Part shown: positions 38,404 to 48,357 of the stretch, one piece after another
Layout: every line of letters starts with the position of its first letter
How positions within the stretch are numbered: the first letter of the stretch is position 1
NCBI GenBank assembly: GCA_002011035.2
Contig: MTLY02000003.1
Location: forward strand, 160,001-224,000
Length of the DNA: 64,000 nt
Direction: 5' to 3'
Source: Candidatus Hecatella orcuttiae
GTDB taxonomy: Archaea > Thermoproteota > Bathyarchaeia > Hecatellales > Hecatellaceae
Program-made: the position numbers and the translations under genes
Notes under the pieces: model-generated
The model's database searches: none
Told to the model about the DNA's origin: nothing
Seen by the model: the letters and a program-made list of their open reading frames with translations, nothing else

Positions 38404-38928
38404 TTAACCATTTTTCTCAGATCGCTCCTTTTTCGAGAGGACTAGAAGTTTCTGTTTCAGTCTATCCAAGTCTCCCAGCAAGTCCGGGGGAATGGGCGTC
38501 CTCCCAACCCCGTACTCGTCAAGGTAGAGAATTCGGTCCCCCACTTTCCCGAAATTGGTAGGTTTCAAATCCAGAAAGTAGCCTTTACTCTGAGCTTCAA
38601 CAATGATGGTGAGGGCGCCTTCCACCTCCTTCAGCGAACGAAAAGAAACAGGCTGAGCATATTCATGAAAACTGGCCACAGCGAGCTGAGGTTTTCCATT
38701 CCATTCCACTGCCCCTAAAATGGTGCCGAAGTACTCCGGGAAAAAGGAGAACTTCTCCCTTATCCTTTTAAGATAGTGGTGACGGGCTTTAGCAGCTTTG
38801 ACACTCTGCTCTCCCCATTTTTTAACCTTGAACACTGAGTCGTCTACCCTGTAGACGTCGGTGTGCAAGCCTTTGAGAAGGCTTTTTCTGCTCACGGCTT
38901 CAGGTTTGCCCTTTACGCAGTTTAACAA
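38404..38928 (-). CDS. hypothetical protein, protein-kinase-like fold (short)
   Basis: KGLHTDVY...VFKV, FLDLKPTNFG and LYLDEYG resemble the P-loop, beta3 Lys, catalytic loop and DFG of PKL enzymes. Confidence 0.55.
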   Translation of the reverse strand: MLNCVKGKPEAVSRKSLLKGLHTDVYRVDDSVFKVKKWGEQSVKAAKARHHYLKRIREKFSFFPEYFGTILGAVEWNGKPQLAVASFHEYAQPVSFRSLKEVEGALTIIVEAQSKGYFLDLKPTNFGKVGDRILYLDEYGVGRTPIPPDLLGDLDRLKQKLLVLSKKERSEKNG

Positions 38929-39059
38929 GGGATCAACCGTCTTTGGTGAGTGAACTCTCCGTCTTCCCTAGGTAGATATTCCCGCGGAATATAAAGAGTT
39001 AAATCTGAGCAACCCTATCTAGGAAAATGTTTCCTCAAATAGTTTAAAGAAGCCAAGAA

Positions 39060-40175
39060 GTGAAGCTTGAAGTTCAGGGGACAGAAAAGTTGAAGCCCAA
39101 AGTCAAAGCCTTAACCCAAGAGGAAATTGAAACCTACTCTCGGCAGATAGTGCTCAAGGACATAGGCTATGAGGGACAGTTAAAGCTGAGGAACGCCAAA
39201 GTCTGCATCATCGGCCAAGGCGGCTTAGGCAATCTGGCCTCCATGCAGATGGCCAGCATGGGAGTCGGATACCTCCGCATTGTAGACAGGGATGTGGTGG
39301 AGCGGTCGAATTTGCATCGGCAGCCTCTCTACACGGTGGAGGACTTGAACTATCCTAAAGTCGAAGCGGCTGCCAAGAGGCTGAGCCGGCTGAACCCTGA
39401 CACGGAAATAGAAGCTTTACCTCTCTCTGTAAACGATGATACAGCGGAGAAGCTGGTTGAGGGAGTAGATGTGGTGGTGGACGGCTTGGATTCTATCGAA
39501 GCTAGGTACGCTGTGAACAGAGCCTGTGTGAAGCTGGGGGTTCCCTATGTTTTCGGGGCGGTGTCAGAAGTTTTCGGAAACCTTTCCACCATCATCCCCA
39601 GAGAAACGCCTTGTCTCCAGTGTTTCTACCCGGACTTCAAAGACTACATGCTTCCCGCCTGCGCCGTGGTGGGGGTTCACCCTTCCATCATAGCCGTGAT
39701 CACAAGTCTTCAAGTTTCTGAGGCAGTTCGAATCATAAAGGGGGACTCCCCCCTTCTAGCGGGGGCTCTTTTATACTGTGACCTCCGTAACCTCTCCTTC
39801 GATAAGGTGAAACTGGCCCCCCAGCCCAACTGTCCCACCTGCGGGGTGAAAGCTTCCCAAATCCGCCCCCGTGAGCAACGGGAGCCTGTGGAGGAACTCT
39901 GCGGAAGAAGTGGTAAGAGGACCTTCGTGGTCACTCCCCGAAAGGAGCTAGACCTAGACTGGAAGGCTGTGGATAGAGCTCTCAGAAAATTGAAGGCTAA
40001 GGTTAAGGTTAAAGCCAAACTTGGGGTAACCTACACTCTCAGCAAGGTTTCAGTGAACCTTCTTAAGAGCGGAATCATGATCCTCAATGGAATTAACACA
40101 AAAGAGGAAGCTCTCTCCATCTACCAGAAGCTTCTGGTGGACCAGTTGAACATCAACCACAGAGAGCTCTGGTAA
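39060..40175 (+). CDS. ThiF/MoeB/UbaA-family E1-like adenylyltransferase
   Basis: YSRQ, G.GGLG, DRDVVERSNLHRQ, CLQC, C...G and CPTC motifs. Confidence 0.92.
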   Translation: MKLEVQGTEKLKPKVKALTQEEIETYSRQIVLKDIGYEGQLKLRNAKVCIIGQGGLGNLASMQMASMGVGYLRIVDRDVVERSNLHRQPLYTVEDLNYPKVEAAAKRLSRLNPDTEIEALPLSVNDDTAEKLVEGVDVVVDGLDSIEARYAVNRACVKLGVPYVFGAVSEVFGNLSTIIPRETPCLQCFYPDFKDYMLPACAVVGVHPSIIAVITSLQVSEAVRIIKGDSPLLAGALLYCDLRNLSFDKVKLAPQPNCPTCGVKASQIRPREQREPVEELCGRSGKRTFVVTPRKELDLDWKAVDRALRKLKAKVKVKAKLGVTYTLSKVSVNLLKSGIMILNGINTKEEALSIYQKLLVDQLNINHRELW

Positions 40176-40193
40176 TCCTATTTCAATTTTCTT

Positions 40194-40571
40194 TCAGGCT
40201 TTTAAACCGTAAACAGCCTTGCCTATTTCTACGAAAAGCTCAGGTTTTGAGGCTCCGAAGAAATTCTGCTTCAGCCACGCTACCCTAACCCCTTGCTCTG
40301 AGAGGTAGATGTTTAAGCCTTTTTTCTCCATCTTCAAACTCAGCCTCCCAGCCAAGGCTTTCACAGCCTTCACAGTGCCGGCGTCAAACTTCACCATGTC
40401 CCTTCGGTCGCTGTACATTCCGAGGATGAGGGGGTTGAAAGCGAAGAGCCTGTTCACTTTGAAGGTTCCCTCCCCAAATTCCGGGAAACCAAGCTGGATG
40501 CCAGCCTCAGTGATACCTTCTCTTTTCTTTTTTTCCACGTATTCCACAGCTTTCCTAAATGCTTCAGCCAC
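40194..40571 (-). CDS. hypothetical protein
   Basis: 125-aa ORF filling the gap, with an upstream AGGTGA RBS; no recognised motif. Confidence 0.6.
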   Translation of the reverse strand: MAEAFRKAVEYVEKKKREGITEAGIQLGFPEFGEGTFKVNRLFAFNPLILGMYSDRRDMVKFDAGTVKAVKALAGRLSLKMEKKGLNIYLSEQGVRVAWLKQNFFGASKPELFVEIGKAVYGLKA

Positions 40572-40691
40572 TTCGTGTCACCTTTCAAAATCAAAATTTT
40601 TATATCACAATCGCCTATTAAACCCGCGCTTTATCGGTGAGATAAAAGGCAGGAAATACCTAAAAACTCGGAGAAGCGGCAGCCGCTGCAC

Positions 40692-42392
40692 TTGGCACGT
40701 CTCTTCCGGGGGCGGGCGTTCATGGTTGTAATGTCTGGCGCTAAGGCTCTTGTGGAGTCGTTGAGAAGGGAAAAAGTAGAGGTGATCTTCGGCCTCCCAG
40801 GCGGAGCCATCATCCCGGTTTACGATGAGCTTATCGACTCAGGGATCCGGCATGTGCTGGTCCGCCATGAACAGTGCGCTGCCCATATGGCCGACGGCTA
40901 CGCCCGGGCCAGCGGCAGGGTAGGCGTATGCATGGCCACCTCAGGGCCGGGAGCCACTAACTTGGTCACAGGCTTGGCCACGGCTCAGATGGACTCTTCA
41001 CCTCTCGTGGCCATCACCGGCCAGGTTCCAACTCAAATGATAGGCCGGGACGCCTTTCAGGAAGCGGACATTGTGGGGGTGACGGCTTCTATCACCAAGC
41101 ATAATCTCCAACTGAGGGATGCGGAGGAGATTCCCTACGCGGTGAAGGCTGCCTTCGAGATAGCCAATTCAGGTAGGAAGGGCGTTGTTCTCCTCGACCT
41201 CCCGAAAGACGTTCAGATGACGGAAAAAGACATGGTCTTTCCGGAGAAGGTGGAGTTTGCCAGAGAGCCTCTCCTTGAACTTCCCCCCTTAGAGAATTTG
41301 AAGAAGGCTGCCCGGCTTCTGGAGAAGGCGGAGAGGCCGCTGATACTGGCTGGAGGTGGGGTGGTGGGCTCAGGGGCGCTGGAGGAGTTTCGAACCTTGG
41401 TGGAGCGGTTGAAGGCGCCGGTGGCCACGGCTCTCATGGCCAAGGGCTGCATTCCAGAAAATCACCCCCTTTCTCTAGGTTTGATGGGGATGCATGGGAT
41501 GCCTTATACCAACAGGCTTCTCTTCGAAGCGGATGTCATTCTGGCAGTGGGCTTCCGATTCTCAGACCGCACCATCGCCCCGGGAAAGACTCTGCCCAAG
41601 GAAACCAAGGTAATCCATATTGACATAGACATTTCGGAGATAGGGAAAAATGTGGAGGTAGACATTCCCCTTCAAGGAGATGCTAAAAAGTGTTTGAAAG
41701 CTATACTAAACCTGATGGAGGGTCCCCTTCAAGAAAGTCGAACCTCCGCCTGGCTGAGACATGTGGAGGAGCTTAAGCGAAGCTTCAAACCTCGGGAAAG
41801 CCCTGAAACCCCCGGCTACCTCAAACCTCCCCGGTTGATGAAGGAGCTGAGGGACATCCTTCCCCCCAATGCTATCGCCACCACCGAAGTAGGCCAGAAC
41901 CAAATGTGGGCGGCTATCTATTTTAAAACCTACCATCCCAGAACCTTCATCAGCTCCGGAGGCCTAGGAGCCATGGGCTTCGGCTTCCCCGCTGCCTTGG
42001 GCGCCAAAGTAGCCAAGCCTGAGGTGCCTGTGGTGGACATTGCGGGGGATGGAAGTTTCTTGATGAACGAGCAGGAGCTAGCCACTTCGGTGAAGGAGGG
42101 GATCCCCGTCACGGTGATCATCATCGACAACAGGATGCTGGGGATGGTAGCCCAGTGGCAGCGGGCTCTCTACCAGCGACGCTACTCTCAAGTGGAGCTG
42201 GGGAACACCCCCGACTTCGTCAAGTTGGCGGAAGCCTACGGAGCCTTCGGCTTGCGGGTCGGCTCCTATGAGGAGTTTCGGAGAGCTGTCAGGGAAGCTC
42301 TCAAGAGCGACGTGACCACCGTTATCGACGTTCCTGTTTCCCCGGAGGAAAACGTCTCCCCCATCTCCATACCCGGGGCTCCGGAAGGCTGA
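40692..42392 (+). CDS. ilvB: acetolactate synthase large subunit (start possibly 40722)
   Basis: RHEQ.AAHMADGYAR, TSGPGATN, GMHG, SGGLGAMGFG and GDGSF..N motifs. Confidence 0.95.
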   Translation: MARLFRGRAFMVVMSGAKALVESLRREKVEVIFGLPGGAIIPVYDELIDSGIRHVLVRHEQCAAHMADGYARASGRVGVCMATSGPGATNLVTGLATAQMDSSPLVAITGQVPTQMIGRDAFQEADIVGVTASITKHNLQLRDAEEIPYAVKAAFEIANSGRKGVVLLDLPKDVQMTEKDMVFPEKVEFAREPLLELPPLENLKKAARLLEKAERPLILAGGGVVGSGALEEFRTLVERLKAPVATALMAKGCIPENHPLSLGLMGMHGMPYTNRLLFEADVILAVGFRFSDRTIAPGKTLPKETKVIHIDIDISEIGKNVEVDIPLQGDAKKCLKAILNLMEGPLQESRTSAWLRHVEELKRSFKPRESPETPGYLKPPRLMKELRDILPPNAIATTEVGQNQMWAAIYFKTYHPRTFISSGGLGAMGFGFPAALGAKVAKPEVPVVDIAGDGSFLMNEQELATSVKEGIPVTVIIIDNRMLGMVAQWQRALYQRRYSQVELGNTPDFVKLAEAYGAFGLRVGSYEEFRRAVREALKSDVTTVIDVPVSPEENVSPISIPGAPEG

Positions 42393-42443
42393 GGGCCGGA
42401 AAACTCGCCCCGTGGGGCTGTACTTTTCAGTCCTAAGCTGCCC

Positions 42444-42869
42444 TTATGGCTTAGCGGGGTGGGAGCAGACGTTGTCTTGGGAAACGCAAATATCGCATTT
42501 GAAGTCCAGCGAGCCTATGTCCGTCATGTGCAGCTGGCAGAATTCGCGGCTCGACCGGATGAGGACGCAGGCTTCACAGAGGTTGAGGATGGCCTCCACG
42601 GAGGGCACTTTCCCTCCAGCGACGAAGTTGGCTATTTCCTTGACCTTCTTCCCCACTTCCTGGATTTTTTCAACCCTCACCCGGTAGCCTTTCTTGTCCT
42701 CATGCCCCCGCTTTTGGGATAGATACCAGCTGATGGCAGCCTGGGTTATACCCAGCTTCTCCGCGGCTTGGGTTTGAGTGAAGTTGTGGGTTTCGATGAG
42801 CTCCTTGGCTATCATAGCCCTCATGACGGGCAGCACGTGTTTGACCACCAGTTCGCAGGGGGGATGCAT
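42444..42869 (-). CDS. HTH transcriptional regulator (COG2522-like), paralog of 30815-31243
   Basis: PPCE...LP..RA, TQTQAAEKLGITQAAISWY...KRG; C..C...C..H...C..C. Confidence 0.85.
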   Translation of the reverse strand: MHPPCELVVKHVLPVMRAMIAKELIETHNFTQTQAAEKLGITQAAISWYLSQKRGHEDKKGYRVRVEKIQEVGKKVKEIANFVAGGKVPSVEAILNLCEACVLIRSSREFCQLHMTDIGSLDFKCDICVSQDNVCSHPAKP

Positions 42870-42961
42870 GAGAAACCGCCATATCTAGCCTTGAATGACT
42901 CAATGAATTTAATCGCCAAAGAAATATATAAAGAGGGGGCTTCCTTCAACGCTATCCAGCG

Positions 42962-43885
42962 TTAGGAGGCGTTTTCTCCGCAGAGGCGGAGGATCCTCTG
43001 CCAGTTTTCGTCGACGATTCGCTGGATCTCCTCCAACAGTGGCTTGTTTTCAGGTTTGAAAAGATGCCTAAACCGGCCTTGCGCCTTTAGGTATTCACTG
43101 ACCGGTATGGGCTTGGGCACTGGGAGGTTGAGCTTGTATTTTCCTTTCTCCACTTCGTAGATGGGGAAATACCTGCTCTGAACAGCCAGCCGAGCCACCG
43201 TCACGCTCTGCGCCATGTCGCTGCGCCATCCCCGTGGGCAGGGAGCGAAGACGTGGATGACCGCAGGGCCCTCTACTTCTAGGGCTTTCCTCACCTTGGT
43301 CATGTAGTCGTTCCAATAGGCCACGGAGGCTGTGGCTGCGTACTCGATTCCATGAGCCACGCAGATGCCTATGAGGTCCTTCTTCAGCTGAAGCTTCCCC
43401 GGGATGACGGAGCCCACCGGCGTGGTGGTCGTCCAAGCGGCTTTGGGTGTGGCTCCCGACCGCTGGATCCCCGTGTTCATGTAGGCTTCGTTGTCGTAGC
43501 AGATGTAGACAAAGTCGTGGCCTCTCTCCAAGGCTCCGGAGAGCGCCTGCAGTCCGATGTCGAAGGTTCCCCCGTCGCCTGAGAAGGCGATGATGTCGGC
43601 TTTTTTGGCTTTTCCTTTTTTCTCCAACACCTTCAAGGCTGCTTCGATGCCGCTGGCCACTGCCGCTGTGTTCTCGAAAGCGGTATGAAGCCATGGAATC
43701 CTCCAAGAAGTGTAGGGGTAGATGGTGGTAGCCACCTCCAAGCAGCCTGTGGACTCGGTGACGATGGTGGGGCCTCGGGCGGCTTTAAGGGCCATCCTAG
43801 CGGCCATGGAGGCTCCGCAGCCAGCGCATAGGCGGTGGCCTGGAGCCAGCGGCTCTTCTTCAGGCAGCTCCTTCAGCTTGACCAT
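42962..43885 (-). CDS. porB: pyruvate:ferredoxin oxidoreductase beta subunit
   Basis: GHRLCAGCG, GDGGTFDIG, DNEAYMNTG.Q and PCPRGW motifs. Confidence 0.93.
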   Translation of the reverse strand: MVKLKELPEEEPLAPGHRLCAGCGASMAARMALKAARGPTIVTESTGCLEVATTIYPYTSWRIPWLHTAFENTAAVASGIEAALKVLEKKGKAKKADIIAFSGDGGTFDIGLQALSGALERGHDFVYICYDNEAYMNTGIQRSGATPKAAWTTTTPVGSVIPGKLQLKKDLIGICVAHGIEYAATASVAYWNDYMTKVRKALEVEGPAVIHVFAPCPRGWRSDMAQSVTVARLAVQSRYFPIYEVEKGKYKLNLPVPKPIPVSEYLKAQGRFRHLFKPENKPLLEEIQRIVDENWQRILRLCGENAS

Positions 43886-45063
43886 TATTCCCTCACCCCC
43901 ACGAAGGCGGTGGGCAGTTCTGTGATTTCCGTTTCAGCCGTCTGCAGTGCCTTCTTTAAAACTTGCTCCAGGTCTGAAGGTGTGATATCCCGGCCTCCTA
44001 GGCCGTAAACGATGCCCCAGACCCTAGGCCTCTGCTTCGCGGCGTAGAAAACAGCCTTAACGTCGCTGCATAGGGGAGCTGAGGGGGCTCCGAAGCTCAG
44101 CGCCCTGTCCAGTACGGCGATGACCTTCAGGTGGCTGGCTTTTTTCAGCAGGTCCTCCGCGGGGAAGGGCCGGTAGAGGCGGAGCTTTATGGCTCCTACT
44201 TTTTTCCCTTCCGCCCGCATCTTATCCACGACCACCCGGGCTGTTCCCGCGGTGCTCCCTGAGCACAGAACCGCGACTTCCGCATCTTCCAAAGCATGGG
44301 TGTGGAGGGCAGCATAGGCTCTCCCAGCAAGTTCGCCGAATTCTTTCCCCACCTTCTCCACTTTGGTGGGGACGCGTTTCATGGCTTCCTCCTGCTGGAC
44401 TTTAAACTCGAAATAGTAGTCGGGAAGGCAAAGGGGACCCACGGTGGAGGGTTTTTCAGGGTCCAGTTTGAAGGCGACTTCCCTTTCCGGCAGAAAACTT
44501 CTCACCTCCTCATCCCCCAAGGTTTCCACTCCTTCCATGCAGTGGGAGACGATGAAGCCGTCTAGGTTGACGGTGATGGGCAGGAGGATTTCAGGGTCTT
44601 CGGCTATCTTGAAAGCTTGAATCACCGAGTCATAGGCCTCTTGAGCGTTTTCGGTGTAGACTTGTATCCACCCGCAATCCCGGGAGCCCATCATGTCCGA
44701 GTGGTCACCGTGGATGTTGATGGGCGCGGAAAGCGCCCTGTTGGCTACCCCCATGACAATGGGGCATCTGAGGCCTGAGGCTGCGTACATCATCTCATGC
44801 ATCAGGGCTAACCCTTGGCTGGCTGTGGCGGTGAAGACCCTAGCCCCCGTAAGGCTGGCTCCTATGCAGGCGGACATGGCTGAGTGCTCAGATTCCACGC
44901 AGATGTACTCCGTGTCCACCTCTCCGTCGGCCACATATTCGCTGAATCTTTCCACGATGACGGTTTGAGGGGTTATGGGGTAAGCGGCCAACACATCCAC
45001 GTCGCACTGCTTGGCAGCGTAGGCCACGGCCTCGTCGCCGGTTAAACCTAGGATTTTCCTCAC
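43885..45063 (-). CDS. porA: pyruvate:ferredoxin oxidoreductase alpha subunit
   Basis: AYPITPQT, ESEHSA, TATASQGL and NRAL motifs; GTG start overlaps the porD stop. Confidence 0.93.
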   Translation of the reverse strand: MRKILGLTGDEAVAYAAKQCDVDVLAAYPITPQTVIVERFSEYVADGEVDTEYICVESEHSAMSACIGASLTGARVFTATASQGLALMHEMMYAASGLRCPIVMGVANRALSAPINIHGDHSDMMGSRDCGWIQVYTENAQEAYDSVIQAFKIAEDPEILLPITVNLDGFIVSHCMEGVETLGDEEVRSFLPEREVAFKLDPEKPSTVGPLCLPDYYFEFKVQQEEAMKRVPTKVEKVGKEFGELAGRAYAALHTHALEDAEVAVLCSGSTAGTARVVVDKMRAEGKKVGAIKLRLYRPFPAEDLLKKASHLKVIAVLDRALSFGAPSAPLCSDVKAVFYAAKQRPRVWGIVYGLGGRDITPSDLEQVLKKALQTAETEITELPTAFVGVRE

Positions 45064-45365
45064 CGGGCTTCCTCCTCCATTCTGATGGCCTTTACAGGAC
45101 ATTCGGTGGCGCAGATTCCGCAGCCCTTACAGTAATCGTAGTCGATTTCCACAAACTTGTCCCTCCGGATGATGGCGGGTTCCGGGCAGTAAATCCAGCA
45201 GATCAGACAGTTGGTGCACTTTTCAGTGTCCACCACCGGTTTGAAAGTCCGCCATTCTCCCGTCTTATATTCTACGGAGGAGCCGGGTTCAGGTATGATG
45301 GCGGCTGCGTGCAAGGTTTTCCACCCCGGTTTTTCTGTTTTGCCGGGTTTCCGTTTTTCACCCAT
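45060..45365 (-). CDS. porD: pyruvate:ferredoxin oxidoreductase delta subunit
   Basis: TGEWRTFKP, CTNCLICWIYCP and YCKGCGICATECP motifs. Confidence 0.93.
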   Translation of the reverse strand: MGEKRKPGKTEKPGWKTLHAAAIIPEPGSSVEYKTGEWRTFKPVVDTEKCTNCLICWIYCPEPAIIRRDKFVEIDYDYCKGCGICATECPVKAIRMEEEAR

Positions 45366-45912
45366 CCGCCCTCACTTCCTCGTAGGCTCTTCGAATGGCG
45401 GCGATGTTGCTTTCCGCGATTTTTCCGGAAAACCGCTCCCGAACAACCTGGACCACCGAATCTAAGGACACTAAGTCCGCTGCTTTAACCAAAGCTCCCA
45501 GCATGGCTGTATTGAAGATAGGCCTGCCGAGGGTGTCCAAGGCTATTCTAGTGGCGTTGACCGTGAACATCTTGACGTCCCCCCGGCCGATCTGCTTCCT
45601 GAGCTCTTGAGGGGTCACGTCCGTGTTGACAACTAAACAGCCGCCTCCCTTCAACCCTTCGGCTACGTCGATTCCTCCCATGAGGGTGGGGTCGAGGACC
45701 ACGGCTACATCGGGTTCGTAGACTTGACTGTGAACGTGAATGGGTTTCTCACTGATGCGGGTGAAACCCAGAACGGGGGCGCCGGTGCGTTCAGGGCCGA
45801 ACTCTGGGAAGGCTTGAACGTATTTGCCCTCCCGGAGGGCGGCGTAGGCAAGGAGCTGGCTCACTGTCACCACGCCTTGCCCGCCTCTTCCATGCCACCG
45901 AATTTCCTTCAT
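45358..45912 (-). CDS. porC: pyruvate:ferredoxin oxidoreductase gamma subunit
   Basis: EIRWHGRGGQG, FPEFGPERTGAP and NTAMLGA motifs. Confidence 0.93.
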   Translation of the reverse strand: MKEIRWHGRGGQGVVTVSQLLAYAALREGKYVQAFPEFGPERTGAPVLGFTRISEKPIHVHSQVYEPDVAVVLDPTLMGGIDVAEGLKGGGCLVVNTDVTPQELRKQIGRGDVKMFTVNATRIALDTLGRPIFNTAMLGALVKAADLVSLDSVVQVVRERFSGKIAESNIAAIRRAYEEVRADG

Positions 45913-46107
45913 CTCAGGTTTCCCACCGAAACCTTTCAGCTATTTAACTCGCCACCCTATATATAGGTTAAAACTTGAACGCCTGCGAGAAAACTGTTTT
46001 CTACGCTTAAGATGTCAAATGGAGGTGAAGGCAGAAGCTTTAATAAAGTTAGCAGTTAACAAAAGAAACAACTGGAAACCTGCCCCCAAAGTAGGCCGGA
46101 AGCCTTT

Positions 46108-46119
46108 AAGCTTATATAA
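46108..46119 (+). promoter_or_regulatory. BRE/TATA promoter of rpl16
   Basis: AAGCTTATATAA about 35 nt upstream of ATG 46154. Confidence 0.55.
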
Positions 46120-46153
46120 CCAGAAGCCTTGCAAACATAGGCTGGGTTCAACC

Positions 46154-46669
46154 ATGAGGGGAGGCAACTACCGCATAGGCAGAAGCATGCCCTACGTGAA
46201 GAAGGAGTACATAGGCGGAGCTCCGCCTCCGAAAATCACCAAGTTCACCATGGGAGACACTAAGGGCAGCTTCACCCACCGGCTTCAGCTTCTCTCCCAG
46301 AGGAGGGTTCAGATAAGACACAACGCCATCGAGGCGGCAAGGGTGGCTGCCAACAAGGTTCTCTTAGACAGGCTGGGGGAAACCGGCTACCGCCTCCGAG
46401 TCCGAGTCTACCCCCACGTGGTCTTGAGGGAGAATAAGATGATGGCCTTCGCAGGAGCGGATAGGCTTCAGGAGGGAATGCGGAGGTCCTTCGGGAAACC
46501 CGCTGGGCTGGCGGCTAGAGTGGAAATAGGGCAGCCTCTGCTGGAAGTGGAAGTAAACGAAGAAGGCGTTGAAGCCGCCAAAGAGGCCCTTCGCGTAGGG
46601 GCCAGTAAGTTTCCCACTCCCTGCACTGTGGAGATAACCTCAGCTTCCCCTCAGCAGCCTTCTCGTTGA
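46154..46669 (+). CDS. rpl10e: 50S ribosomal protein L16/L10e (uL16)
   Basis: QIRHNAIEAAR, YPHVVLRENK and GADRLQEGMRRSFGKP motifs; ATG at 46154. Confidence 0.96.
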   Translation: MRGGNYRIGRSMPYVKKEYIGGAPPPKITKFTMGDTKGSFTHRLQLLSQRRVQIRHNAIEAARVAANKVLLDRLGETGYRLRVRVYPHVVLRENKMMAFAGADRLQEGMRRSFGKPAGLAARVEIGQPLLEVEVNEEGVEAAKEALRVGASKFPTPCTVEITSASPQQPSR

Positions 46670-46736
46670 GGAGCGCGCTCAAGGGGAGTCCGTCTTTCGG
46701 CTGAAGTGAAGCGGGAGTAATCGGTTAGAGTTTTGA

Positions 46737-47723
46737 ATGCTGGTTGCCATGAGCTTTAGGATTACGGCTGAGGAAGCTGTGAAAATTATCCTGCAAAAGG
46801 GAGCTCAAAGGGTGCTCCTTCAGCTACCCGACGGCCTTAAGCCCCACGGGTTTAAACTGGCTGAGGAAATCACCCGGAGGACAGGGGCGTTGGTTTATGT
46901 TTCCGCCGACCCCTGCTATGGAGCCTGCGACACCGCTTGGGAGGAGGCGGAGAGGTTGAAGATAGACCTCCTGATCCACTACGGCCACAGCCCCATGCCC
47001 ACGGAGGGGGGAGTGGAAACGGTGTATCTGGCGGTGGAGGGGGAAGCCGACTTGGAGGCGTTGGTGGAGAAGGCTCTCCCCTTGGTGGAGGGCTACAGGA
47101 AGCTGGGTTTAACGGCTGCCGTTCAGCATGTTCAAGCCTTGGGAAGACTGAAAGAAATTCTCGCCGCCCGAGGAATAGGCGCCGAAATAGGCCCTGCAGC
47201 CGGCCGAGTAGCCTACGGTGGACAGATTTTGGGCTGCGACTACACCACGGCTCAGAAGATCCGGTCTGCGGTGGATGCTTTTCTCTACTTGGGAGGAGGC
47301 CTCTTCCATCCCTTGGGGATTTTCATCTCCACCGGGAAGCCTGTGGTGGTGTTAGACCCCTACCTAGACCGGGTGATGGAGGTTTCGAAGATGGGGGCGA
47401 AGCTCATGAAGCAAAGGCAGGCAGCTGTCGCCAAGCTTCTGGAGGCGGAGAAACTGGGGATACTGGTAGGGCTCAAGCCCGGGCAGCGAAACGTCCCGCA
47501 AGCCGAAGCCTTGAAGGAGAAACTGGAAAAGCTGGGGAAAAAGGCGGTTCTCCTCTGCGTGAGGGAAGTCACCCCCGAAGTTTTAGACAACTTCCCAGAT
47601 GTGGAGGCCTTTGTGAACACCGCTTGCCCTCGAATAGGGTTCGACGACGGCTTCCGCTTCAGAAAACCTCTGGTCACACCGGAGGAAGTCTCCAAACTGC
47701 TGAGAAACCATGGAGAAGCCTAG
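46737..47723 (+). CDS. dph2: diphthamide biosynthesis enzyme Dph2
   Basis: LQLPDGLK, CYGACD, HYGH, GQILGC and TACPRI motifs. Confidence 0.94.
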   Translation: MLVAMSFRITAEEAVKIILQKGAQRVLLQLPDGLKPHGFKLAEEITRRTGALVYVSADPCYGACDTAWEEAERLKIDLLIHYGHSPMPTEGGVETVYLAVEGEADLEALVEKALPLVEGYRKLGLTAAVQHVQALGRLKEILAARGIGAEIGPAAGRVAYGGQILGCDYTTAQKIRSAVDAFLYLGGGLFHPLGIFISTGKPVVVLDPYLDRVMEVSKMGAKLMKQRQAAVAKLLEAEKLGILVGLKPGQRNVPQAEALKEKLEKLGKKAVLLCVREVTPEVLDNFPDVEAFVNTACPRIGFDDGFRFRKPLVTPEEVSKLLRNHGEA

Positions 47724-48357
47724 GTTCTTGGTGAAAAGGAAGCAGCTGGAACGTTTCCTTTCCCAAGTTAAGCCCCACCCAGCCCCCAAACTTTCCCTGG
47801 AGCAATATACCACACCGGCTCCCTTGGCGGCTGCTCTGCTCTACACGGCAGCATACACCTTCGACGACATCGTCGGCAAAACCGTCTGCGACCTAGGCTG
47901 CGGAAGCGGAATTCTCTCCCTCGGGGCAGCCTACCTGGGGGCGGAAACCGTGGTAGCCGTGGATGTGGACAAGGCGGCGGTGGAGGCGGCGAAGGAAAAC
48001 GCGGAAAGATTCGGCTTGGAGGTTGAATGGGTGGTGGGCTCCATAGAGCTCTTGAGGGGGGCTTTTCACACAGCCTTGCAGAATCCCCCCTTCGGGGTGT
48101 GGCGGAGGGGGGCTGATGTAGGTTTTCTGAGGAAAGCTTTATCCCTAGCCTCCACGGTCTATAGCATACATAAAAGCAGTGAAAAGGCTAGGAGCTACTT
48201 GGATAGGGTGGCGAGAAGCCTAGGCGGCCGGGTTACCGCGGTTTTTGAGTCGAAGCTGACCATACCGCGTCAATTCGGCTTCCACAGAAAACCTGAATAC
48301 GAGGTTAAGGTTAACGTTTACAGAATCGTGAGGGATGAAGGACGGCAGCCTACCTGA
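47710..48357 (+). CDS. METTL5-family N6-adenine RNA methyltransferase
   Basis: LEQYTTP, DLGCGSG, QNPPFG, YSIHK and FHRK motifs. Confidence 0.9.
   Translation: MEKPRFLVKRKQLERFLSQVKPHPAPKLSLEQYTTPAPLAAALLYTAAYTFDDIVGKTVCDLGCGSGILSLGAAYLGAETVVAVDVDKAAVEAAKENAERFGLEVEWVVGSIELLRGAFHTALQNPPFGVWRRGADVGFLRKALSLASTVYSIHKSSEKARSYLDRVARSLGGRVTAVFESKLTIPRQFGFHRKPEYEVKVNVYRIVRDEGRQPT

Noticed and set aside
46937-47734. 265-aa Gly/Arg-rich ORF
   Set aside because: Alternative frame of dph2.
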